DNA of 44,228 nucleotides from Macrostomum lignano (Eukaryota): NCBI GenBank assembly GCA_002269645.1, contig NIVC01004103.1, positions 1 to 44,228 of the forward strand, read 5' to 3'. Shown piece by piece: positions 33,931 to 44,228 of this stretch (position 1 is its first letter; each line of letters starts with the position of its first letter). The notes under the pieces were generated by a model. It saw only the letters and a program-made list of their open reading frames with translations, ran no database searches and was not told where the DNA came from. The position numbers and the translations under genes were made by a program.

Positions 33931-36900
33931 TTAATTGCTGAATTCTCTTGAAAGAAGACTTAATTCTGTGCTACAAGTGCAAAGTTAGAAGCATAGATGA
34001 TGAGCGGTAAAGTAGCAGTTAACAGTCGTTATATTGAAATATTTCCCTATTGTTTTCAGACAACTATTTCTCACTATTTTAATTTCAGTTAAATGAAAAG
34101 GAAAAAAACTGCAAAAACATAAAACAAACGAAAACAATCATCTAATGTTCAAGACATATCTACTTTAATGTTTTTAATTTTTATTCATCTTGAAGTGGAC
34201 TAAAAAACTAACGATATCTTTCTCTGTTTACCTGCACTGTTTCCTCATTTCTAAAGTTTTTGCTTTGTTTTCCACTGAAACATTAGGACTCAACCGCTCG
34301 CATATAATAAATAGTTAAAAAACGTAGAGCCTAAAACTATGTTTAGAGTGGGTTTAGCTTTTTATGATGCATGTGCATTCAGGCAGACTAAGGAAGATAA
34401 AAAGTTTAATCTACGTTAATAAGCTCATTTGATTCGACTGATATCAAATGCAATAACAATAAAAATTTGATGCTGAAAGTTGTTGGATATCCGTCTGTTT
34501 CCAGTTACACTTGCTGGTAAACCCGCTCTTCCGTAAATAATCTCAAGTAAAAATCTCGTGGTAGGGGAATAACCACGGGCTATGGACAGGCTGACAAGAT
34601 AAGCAAGAGCAGAAGCAAAAACGAAAACATTAAATTGAAGACAAATCGGCGCGAAAGGAGTATATTGGAGTGTAATACGGTGGCGAGAAAATAGCCCTTG
34701 AACTTATGAAATTATTTTGTTAAAATTAAGAAGTCTCTATACTTGTAAAGACTTCACTTAGTTTGCGTGGCAGAAAGATGCTTATGCGATAGCATGATAA
34801 AATCATTCATATATGTATTTGTCGAAATAGTATTTTAACCGATCAATAATTTGGGGACTGTAAAATAGACAAGTCACGTGCATGTACGCACAAAAGAACA
34901 AGCGAAGGAGAGAGTTAAAGAGCACGATGGTAAAGTGTACGCAGCAACCCCCTCAGCACCCCACAATACACAAGCCAAGTCACTATACTACAAATCTACA
35001 ATACAACAGAGCCTCTCAAGCTCTTCCCTTGCCTGCCGAATCGGCTTCCTTGCGGAATCGGGTATTAGCTGACACCATATGACGCGTCTATCCAGGAAGG
35101 CAGATGTACTCCGGCGTAAGGCTTTCTGTTCACCGGGGTCTTAATTTGTCCGGGGGACATCGCAAAGCAAAATTATTGTCGCTTTGCGATAACCTACCCT
35201 GGATAATCCAAGGCGCAACAAAATCGGGCTTTGAAATGTCATGGGTCTTGAATTGTCCGGGTGAATAAAAATTGGGGTGGCAAGTTAGTCAAATTATTTA
35301 CAAGACCAGGCGCTTGTGAATGCGTGGGGCAGAAGCCGAAGGAACATCATTAAGCGAGAATAGGACTGACTCAGAGTGCTTGGGAGGGGCAGATAAGATG
35401 CCCGTGCAAGCGTACATCTACCCGTGCAAGCGTACATGCCATGAATATCAGTGTACGAGCTAATAGGCCGCAAAGGAATGTTCGCTAAAATTATAATACA
35501 ACTATTCTTTTCAGATAGTTGGAATAAATTTCTTGCCTAAGTCCTACGTTTTGGAAAAATAATTCACTCGGTGGCCAAAGCAACGCTAAAACAAGTGTTT
35601 TTTTACGTTTTTAGCGACGAGCATGTTGAGCTGCCAGAACATTACAGTACAAGAGAGAGACAAATGTCTCGGCAAAATTAGCTCGTACTTATCAGCTGGC
35701 TGGTTTCCCAAACTGTGAAAACGGAAAGCATCTAAGCGGATGGCCAATTTTTGATTTATCGAATTAGATTGGTGAATGGAGTAACAAACTGGTTTTTGGT
35801 TGACAATAGTAGCTTTAATTTTAGTTCCTTTTGGAGAGTGAAACGCGAAATGGTTTTTGAAATATGCACCGTTAAATAAGCATGACGCAGATGTTTGCCA
35901 TGGAAAAAGTAGCAAAAAGTGATTTTCTACTTTGCGAAAAGTCTTCTCGAAAGTTTCTATTTCTATAGCCCCGGATATCAGTATCTGGATGTCCTAAAGC
36001 AAACCTGAAGGCTGACCCCTCTCTTTCAACCTACAATCGGATGTCCTAAGACAACTTCCCCTTCTTGTGATCTCCGGGCCGGATAGCAGAGTCGGTGCCG
36101 TAGGATGTCCGGGAGAGACATCTCAAAGTGCCCGGACAATGCAAATCAGCTCAAGATATCCGGGAAGGAGAAAACAAAGCAGGTTTTTTTGCTTGGCAGT
36201 ATCCGGGCGGATATTGTAAGTGCGTTCGGATATCCGGGCCAGACAAAAAAACTCCGGATAGTCTAAAGTGTAACACCGGCGTTGCCCCCGTTTTCTCGCG
36301 AAATCACGAACAGTGACCGCTCGAACCTACGCAGAACCGCTTTCGAGTATCCGAGGGCGACCACTGTGTCCCGCTGCACCGCTGCTTCCACGAGCATTAC
36401 GATCTGCTCAAGAAAGTCTTGAGACTAATCAAGACGGGTGACAGAGGACGCAGAACAGGCGATAAAAATAATACAAAATGCAAAATTGTTGACCAAAAAC
36501 TCTACAAAGCTGATTATCTGATCTCTTATCAGCGTATTTCAATCAATACGAATTCAGACTAATCCGTTTGAAGGCGGAATCCCCTGCTAATTTTTCGGCT
36601 GTTACCAAAACTAAAAATCGTCTTTAAAAGTGAAGGCATCCAATATTTGGATTGGATTGGGGAGATGCCAGGGTTCGCAGGGCAACTGCTGAAATTCCAA
36701 TTACCATCAATCGATGGGGGACTAAGACTAAATATATAGATTTATATAATTTTTATATATTTAGTTATAGAAGCATATAGAAGCAGCGATGTCTTTACTC
36801 CTAGAAAGTTCTAAAATAAGAGAACACATGCAGAGCAGTACTCCCAGACTCATCAACTGATAAAACGCACGAGAGCCATGAAGCCTACACTCTAGGATTG

Positions 36901-37209
36901 GCTACGATCCCCGATTTTCACAGACTTTCTTTCCGTGTATTTGTCTCAGTCTCAATAAAATTGCCACCTGACAGCAGCTCATAAAACAGGTTGCAAACGC
37001 ACTACTGAAGCCTTTTTAAGTGTATCGTCACTCAATTAAAACCAGAAAAAAGCTGAAAGCTAAAATAATCTTCGTATCGCTGCAAAAGAATGGCAAAACA
37101 ACTTTTATCGATAAAGTTTGCTTATGTATTCGGTAAGTGACTGAACTATAGCCGCCACTATGATTTTAATACCAATTAGTTTTACGCTTTAGTTGCACTC
37201 TGTTCTTCA

Positions 37210-38571
37210 ATGACAACAAAGTAAATTATCCCAACGCAGTTTGCTGCTCTCTCGTGCTTCGAGTACAAGGCACCAGTTTGCGGACCTATTCTGTGTGCTC
37301 AGAGCAGCAGCTTCACATGCTGGAAGCCGTTCTGAACGCCTACAACAACGTCACGACAACAACCAAGGCCACTGATGCAACCGACTGTCTAGCGAAGTGC
37401 CAGAGGGTGAGCTGCAGCGCTGCCGTCTCGGTGGAGAGCAATGCCACGTGCGAGATGGTCACCATAACAACCGCCAAGCTGTCAATCTCAGCAAATCAGG
37501 TGCAGCAAGTCATCGGATCTCAGGTCGGTGCGAAGGTGTGGAAGGCGGACGACAGCGACTGGCCTTCGCCTGCAGTGCAGCTTTGGAGTGAGTCATCAAT
37601 GCATAGTCTTAGTCGTAAGTTGTTACCAAGATTTCGGCAGACAGAAATTGCACTCACTCCAGTTCTGCACGACGCTGCTCCGTTGCAGACAGCAGCACAG
37701 GTAGAAACGGCTCAATCCAAAGCGTCCTCATCAACACGACCGGCTGCTACCTGATCAAAGCTGCCGGCGCCAGAGGTGGCCACAACTTACTGACGAACAC
37801 CGGAGGCCAGGGAGCCCAGGTGAGCGCCAGAGTCAACCTGACAGCCGGCACCCAGCTGAGCATCGTTGTGGGCCAGATGGGCGGCTCGACCTCTCGAAAT
37901 AGCGAAGGAGGCGGCGGAGGCGGCGGCAGCTTCGTGTACCGGACGGGTGACCAGCTGCTGCTGCTGGCTGCCGGCGGAGGCGGCGGAGCTTCTTGCTTAG
38001 AAAATGGTGAGCCCAGTAGCTGTAGTGTAAATTATAAAAAAAATCCACTTGAATCAACAATTTGATTTTACCGTAGGTAAACCAGGAGAGACTGGGATAA
38101 ACGGTTCTGACAGCCTGGGTAACGTCGCTAAATACACGGGATTCGGTGGCAGCAACGGTCAGCCGGGCTACAACAGCCCCGCTGACACCAGAAGCGATAG
38201 AACCCATGGAGGCTGCGGCGCCGGCTGGCTCGGCAGGGCCGTCAAGCGCAGGCGGAGCTCCTCGGACGGAGAGAGAGGCGGCAGTCTGGCCGACGGCTGG
38301 GTCGGCGGCAGCGCCGGAGACGGCAGCGTCTGCGACGGCGGCTTCGGTGGAGGCGGCGGAGGCGGCAGCAGGACCAGCTCACTGAAAGGCGCCTGGAGCC
38401 GGCGGCGGCTTCAGCGGCGGCGGAGCCGGACTGAGCTACGGTCACGTCGGCGGCGGCGGCGGCTCCTTCTGCAGGGGCGGCTGCGTGTTCTGTGGCACCT
38501 CTACCGGGCACCAGGGCTTCGTCTCCGTCCTGCTGGAGTCGACCTCGGCCGCTTGCGATTCGGGCACCTGA
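37210..38571 (+). CDS. Secreted PAN/apple + ALK/LTK-type glycine-rich domain protein, copy A (2-nt frameshift ~38392)
   Basis: Exons ~37210-37586, ~37690-38006, 38077-38571 (phase-1 joins). TGRNGSIQSV..TGCYLIKAAGARGG...GGQGAQVSARVNL.AG..LSIVVGQMG..GGGGGSFV...LLAAGGGGG is the ALK/LTK glycine-rich pattern. The start region also appears frameshifted. Confidence 0.85.
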
Positions 38572-39639
38572 TGCCATTGCAGCCGCTTGTTGACGTAGGG
38601 ACTTACCAGTCTCTACTTGACGCTACTCTTCTGGGACATAAGAGTAAGGTTTAAAAAAGTAGACACAAGGAATCAGATTAGCTTTCTCCACATATATTTG
38701 ATTGAGTTCAGAAGAAAAGGGTCAACCTATTTTCTCAAAACTTTAATAGCTGAATTCGTTGAATACTGAGTTCAATTACAATTCAATTATCATCAACTAT
38801 AATACTAGTGCTGAAAACATTGTAAGTAGGGCAGGACATCAGAGTTGAGAAACTCTAATTATAACTACTTACCTGGTACCTTATGTATAACTGCCGCCAT
38901 ACAACGTGGCCTATCTAGGAAATATAAGCTGCATGCTTTCAACTGACTTTCTTCACACTTATAAGTCAACTTTTCTAAAATAAATTTTTGCTGTTTTCTT
39001 CCTGAAATAACCCCGACCGAGATAATCTATTTTTACCTGATACTCGAATCTTTCACTGTTACTGACTTTGCACTCAGACAACTCGAACAGTTTTCAATTC
39101 CTAATTATTAATAAATACTCAATGCACTCGTCTGTCCGAAGCCACTCGTCGTTTTTTTCCTGCCAGAGAATTTCTGGAGGTTTTTTTAGACGAGCGGAAC
39201 AGATTTGTGAGCTCAGCTGTCTTTCAGCGTCTGCTTTCGGTGCATGCCAAGGCCGCTCGACTGCAGCTCCCTGCAGTTGCCTTCCTGCACGCATCCGCAC
39301 CCTTCCGTACCATGCTTGCTCGCTCATGGGCTACGATGGGGAATTGAAAATCTTTTAAAAACTTGTTAAGTAGGCCGAGAAAATTTTAAACTGTAGCTTT
39401 CCCTAGCAGTTGAACATTTTGCCATGAAAACAAATCCTCGGGTTTACATGATGTACTTTCTGGCTCAGAAATTTGTGGTAATGATTTCGTTTTAACTTCT
39501 GTAGTCAGTGTTTAAGCTGACAAAGACTGCTAATTCAATACACCCTAATTAAATACTCGAAGCAATCTGCTTTGGTTTTTATTCTCGGAGCAACAATAGG
39601 TAAAAAATTACTTAAGCGGTCAATATATGCTTTTGGGAG

Positions 39640-40200
39640 ATGCGGCAAGTTGGTAGAGATGCAGGGAGGCAGAGATGCAGGGCGGAGGCAGAGATGCAGG
39701 GTGGTGGCAGAGATGCAGGGAGGTGATAGAGACGCAGGGCGGAGGCAGAGATGCAGGGCGGTGGCAGAGATGCAAGGAGGTGGCAGAGATGCAGGAAGGT
39801 AGCAGAGATGCAGGGAGGTGGCAGAGATGCAGGAAGGTGGCAGAGATGCAGGAAGGTGGCAGAGATGCATGGAGGTGGCAGAGATGCAGGGAGGTGAGAG
39901 AGATGCAGGAAGGTGGCAGAGATGCATGGAGGTGGCAGAGATGCAGGGAGGTGATAGAGACGCAGGGCGGAGGCAGAGATGCAGGGAGGTGATAGAGACG
40001 CAGGGCGGAGGCAGAGATGCAGGGAGGTGAGAGAGATGCAGGGCGGTGACAGAGATGCAGGGCGGTGACAGAGATGCATGGAGGTGAGAAAGAGGCAGGG
40101 AGGTGAGAAAGAGGCAGGGAGGTGGCGGAGATGCAGGGAGGTGAGAGAGATGCAGGGCGGTGGCAGAGATGCAGGGAGGTGGCAGAGATGCAGGGATCGG
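39640..40200 (+). repeat. 19-bp-based minisatellite (ggcagagatgcagggaggt and variants)
   Basis: Direct repeats; the reverse complement matches the 41600-42265 array. Confidence 0.92.
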
Positions 40201-40614
40201 TGACAGATGCTGGCTGCTTTCCTGCAGGCGCTTGTCTGAAACCGGCAATATTTGAGAGACCTCACGTGTGTTCAGGAAACTGCAGGTCGGCATCGGTCAA
40301 CTCTGAGCACAGGGGATGAGTCAACATCAGTTAGAATCTTCGAGCGCATAGGACTGATGCAGTCTGCAGCTTCAACAGGTACTTTGGTAACTTAGAGCTC
40401 ATGCTTTTTTACCACGGCTCCTATAAGTGAGTCATCATCCACTCAAATAATCTAATATATTGTCAAAGTCATCATTGTTATTTTACCTGGGATATTTTCA
40501 CTCGTGAAATCCTAAATCAATGACTCATATCAGTTACGTTAATACTCGCAGCAGGAAACAGTGCTACGATTTCAGGCCCATTTTTTCTGAGCGTAATAAT
40601 AATTAATAGTGATA

Positions 40615-40790
40615 ATTGATTACACCTGCCCTAATTGGCCAGCTGTGCAACCGACAGCTCAGCCGCAGCTATTGCGCGGCGCGGGGGTCGCTACGCACCC
40701 TCAATTACCCCACCTAATGCTGGGACCCATTTTACAGCTGGGTGAAGTGAAGCAATGCAGAGTTAAGTGTCTTGCTCAAGGGCACAAATG
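40615..40790 (-). mobile_element. Partial SINE, same family as 23640-23917
   Basis: cacctgccctaattggcc..gacagctcagccgcagctattgcgc..cccattttacagct..gaagcaatgcagagttaagtgtcttgctcaagg matches the 23650-23840 segment. Confidence 0.85.
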
Positions 40791-41599
40791 ATGTTCATGG
40801 AGTTGGAGTTACCTACCGAATAGAAGTGTTGGTAAATGTGATAATCAAAGAAAGCTCCATTCCGCCATTGAAAGGAGTTCCAGTTTCCTAAATCTGAAAA
40901 CTTAAAACTGTCCAGTCACCTTCAAGCTAATCAGCAATATTTTTCATCCAGCCTTCAATTTTGTGTGTCGATGTTGTGGAAGAGTCAATGTTGTCAATGT
41001 CAATGTCAATGTCAATGTTGTCAATGTTGTGTGTCGCGTTTTAGAACTCTTTCTTAATTCAAAATGCACACTAGCTCTATGTACACGTGACACTGTACAT
41101 TGCATGAATCAATATTTCAACCCGCTTCACTTGACAATATATATAGTCTGACTTTGGCCAACTTGGGCCTCAAGAGTTTTGTCGTGCCTAAATGTCTCGC
41201 TTGTTCCTACTTAACAGCAGTGTGTGCTTGAGTATTTGGATATAGTTTAATGATGATACAGCTAATATAAAGTTAGATGGTCTCTAACTTACGTGAGCTG
41301 TGGCAAGAAAGCATGAATTCTAAATTGCAAATTACCTGTTAAAGCTGCAGTCTGCATCAGTCCTATGTATTCGAAGATTCTGACTGATGCAGACCATGTG
41401 CTCAGAGTTGACTGTTGCCGACCCGCAGTGTCCCGAACACACGGGACATCAATCAGGACTGAACCTCGGTTAGAATACAGGAAAACTTTATTCAATTTGA
41501 ATCTTGCAAGAACTAAAACAAAAGTAGCAAGCATGCCGTTTCAATTTCACTGATCGGTGACTAGGGATTCATACATCGTGCACCTTGATTCTAGCTTGC

Positions 41600-42265
41600 A
41601 TTGCTAGCTCTGCATCTCTGCTCTCCTGCATCTCTGCTAGCTGCATCTCTGCTAGCTCCCTGCATCCTGCTAGCTCCCTGCATCTCTGCTAGCTCCCTGC
41701 ATCTCTGCTAGCTCGCTGCATCTCTGCTAGCTCCCTGCATCTCTGCTAGCTCCCTGCATCTCTGCTAGCTCCCTGCATCCCTGCTAGCTCCCTGCATCTC
41801 TGCTAGCTCGCTGCATCTCTGCTAGCTCCCTGCATCTCTGCTAGCTCGCTGCATCTCTGCTAGCTCCCTGCATCTCTGCTAGCTCCCTGAATCTCTGCTA
41901 GCTCCCTGCATCCCTGCTAGCTCCCTGCATCTCTGCTAGCTCGCTGCATCTCTGCTAGCTCCCTGCATCTCTGCTAGCTCCCTGCATCTCTGCTAGCTCG
42001 CTGCATCTCTGCTAGCTCCCTGCATCTCTGCTAGCTCCCTGAATCCCTGCTAGCTCCCTGCATCCCTGTATCCCTCCTAGCTCCCTGCATCCCTCCTAGC
42101 TCCCTGTATCCCTCCTAGCTCCCTGTATCCCTCCTAGCTCCCTGCATCCCTCCTAGCTCCATGTATCCCTCCTAGCTCCCTGCATCCCTCCTAGCTCCCT
42201 GTATCCCTCCTAGCTCCCTGCATCCCTCCTAGCTCCCTGCATCCCTCCTAGCTCCCTGCATCCCT
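41600..42265 (+). repeat. 19-bp minisatellite (ctccctgcatctctgctag grading into ctccctgcatccctcctag)
   Basis: Direct repeats with two successive sub-variants. Confidence 0.93.
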
Positions 42266-42911
42266 TCCGTCCCGCTTTATCAAGCAGTATGGAAGGGCGC
42301 AGATGCGAGCAGGAAGGCAGCTGCAGTCGAGCGGCCTTGGCATGCACCGAAAGCAGACATTGAAGGACAGATGAACACACATTTTTCCGCTCGTCTAAAA
42401 AAACCTCCGACAATTCTCCGGTAGGAAAAAAGGACGAGCGGCTACGGACAAAGAAGTGTATTTAGTGTATTTAGTGATAAGAACTTAGTGAGTAGTCAGA
42501 TTTCGAGTCACTTAACTCTAAAATGCTACACTACAATGTTCCCGTCACCAGCAGTATAGCGCAAATATCTTAAAATTAACATCTTTGACGTTGATAAATG
42601 ATGGATAAAAATTGAATTAACGGAGAAAACTTCAGAAAATATTAATGTAAAACCACGAACGAATCAATTCATCATGCCTACTTTATAACCCTACCCAGAC
42701 TATATTGTCTCTAGGCACAAATACGAGCGTATTCTATTTATCTTTAATGGTCTACTGGTCGCTATCACAGCCTCCCTAGCACTACAAGCGTAAGCTCTTT
42801 GTCTCAGAAGAAAAGCCTTAAGGTTCAAAAGAATAAGCAGCATTAATCAGTGACCATCCAAGTTAAACCACGACTGGCCAAATCCCATTTCAACAAGCGG
42901 TTTCTGCGGCA

Positions 42912-44121
42912 TCAGGTGTCCAAGTTGCAGGTGGCTGAGTCCGACTCCAGCAGGACGGACACGAAGCCCTGGTCGCCGGTCCAGGTGCCGCCGAACACGC
43001 AGCCGCCACTACAGAAGGAGCCGCCGCCGCCGCCGCTGTGGCCGAAGCCCAGTCCGGCTCCGCCACCGCTGAAGCCGCCACCACCTCCAGCCGTTCCATT
43101 AAGTGGGCTGGTCCTGCTGCCGCATCCGCCGCCTCCGCCGAAGCCTCCGTCGCAGACGCTGCCATCTCCGGCGCTGCCGCCGACCCAGCCGTCGGCCAGA
43201 CTGCCGCCTCTCTCTCCGTCCGAGGAGCTCCTCCTGGGGCTGACGGCCCTGCCGAGCCAGCCGGCGCCGCAGCCACCGTGGTTGCTATGGCTTGGGGTTC
43301 CAGAGGGGCTGTTGGAGCCCGGATTACCGTTGGTGCCGCCGAATCCAGCCAGGGTAGTGCCGGCACCAAGACTGTCAGAACCGTTTATCCCAGTCTCTCC
43401 CTGTTGTCCTACGGTATAATCAAGCAAGCTGCTTATCAGTGGCTTTTCGGTTCATAATTTACATATTTTTAGCAAAATGCAGCCACTGAGCTCACCGTTT
43501 CTACTAAAGGAAGCTCCGCCGCCTCCGCCGGCAGCAAGCAGCAGCAGCTGGTCGACCGTCCGGTACACAAAGCTGCCGCCCCCTCCACCGCCTCCTTCTA
43601 AATCCAAGGAGGTCGAGCCGCCCATCTGACCCACAACGATGCTCAGCTGTGTGCCGGCTGTCAGGTTGACTCTGGCGCTCACCTGGGCTCCCTGGCCTCC
43701 AGATGTGCTCTCAGTAAGTTGTGGCCACCTCTGGCGCCGGCAGCTTTGATCAGGTAGCAGCCGGTCGTGTTGATGAGGACGCTTTGGATTGAGCCGTTTC
43801 TACCTGTGCTGCTGTCTGCAACGGAGCAGCGTCAGCGAGTTACAGAACTGGAGTGAGTGCAATTTTTGTCTGTGCCAGAATCGTAGTTGCGTTGGTTTGT
43901 GACTGGTTCTAACCTGTGACTATCCAGTTTTGAATCCCAATCTTCGGCCCTGCCAGTGTCGCCCTGCATGCGTTCTCTCTCCACTTGTCCACGCTGTAGG
44001 ACTGCTTGGCTCTGTGTGCCTGAGTGGTGCCTGGTGGGGCGGCTTTAGCCTCGGCGTCTTGTATTTGCATCTCGCTATGTTTACTCAGTCTTTGGGATGT
44101 CTGTATGAGCCAAAACATTAG
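42912..44121 (-). CDS. ALK/LTK-type glycine-rich domain protein, copy B (intact frame; different 5' exon; may extend beyond the window)
   Basis: Exons 44121-43914, 43815-43496, 43408-42912 with phase-1 GT-AG joins. The Gly-rich domain is highly similar to copy A and open to the TGA at 42912-42914. Confidence 0.88.
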
Positions 44122-44228
44122 CTGTAAATTTTCGATTTGCCGTCATATCTGATATCGACGGTTAAAAATGGCCCAAGTTCTCACGGCTCTGAGAGACAAT
44201 GGCCTGCCGGCTTCGGTAAATACGAGTA

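Larger units (their letters stand above)
37635..43875. repeat. Diverged inverted segmental duplication (arms ~37635-40410 and ~41300-43875)
   Basis: Gly-rich gene, block X (39080-39330 / 42280-42480), 19-bp satellite and block Y (40250-40410 / 41300-41460) occur in mirror order on opposite strands. Confidence 0.9.

Noticed and set aside
35100-36300. Clustered tgtccggg/ccggata motifs and short inverted repeats suggesting MITE ends
   Set aside because: I could not define element boundaries or a TSD by eye.
38866-38877. U1 snRNA 5' end (tacttacctgg)
   Set aside because: The downstream sequence does not match U1. It is simply a reverse-strand ccag|gtaagta donor-like string.
39535-40319. Long ORFs of 217-252 aa over the 19-bp array
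   Set aside because: These are artefacts of stop-free tandem repeats, open in several frames on both strands.
42850-43457. Proline-rich and Ala-rich ORFs (also 38146-38577)
   Set aside because: Antisense or alternative-frame shadows of GGC-rich glycine codons.

Overview
Eukaryotic (invertebrate animal) genomic DNA with short GT-AG introns. A flatworm such as Macrostomum is my guess from sequence style only and is not verifiable here. Many homopolymer-associated frameshifts, even in the conserved pecanex gene, suggest a noisy long-read consensus, so 'broken' genes must be read cautiously. In order, the window holds: the 3' part of pecanex; a LINE RT relic; a disrupted WSC-domain gene; two tandem copies of a head-to-head gene pair (6.2-22 kb), each a minus-strand PD-(D/E)xK-like nuclease-fold gene with a conserved D...SxK and HxCxCx(2-3)C signature plus a plus-strand multi-exon ankyrin gene ending in 33-aa helical repeats; an ADAMTS-like metalloprotease; a spectrin-repeat, probably nesprin-like gene; a PAN + F-type lectin gene; and a diverged inverted duplication (about 37.6-43.9 kb) carrying two ALK/LTK-type glycine-rich genes with different 5' exons. 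There are also four minisatellite families, tRNA-SINEs, a Tc1/mariner-like MITE, two tiny (39-46 bp) TIR elements with 8-bp target duplications, and a recurrent TACGAG..TA motif that looks like transposon excision footprints. The best candidate for an undescribed system is the duplicated divergent nuclease-like/ankyrin pair (toxin-antidote or paired immune module hypothesis).
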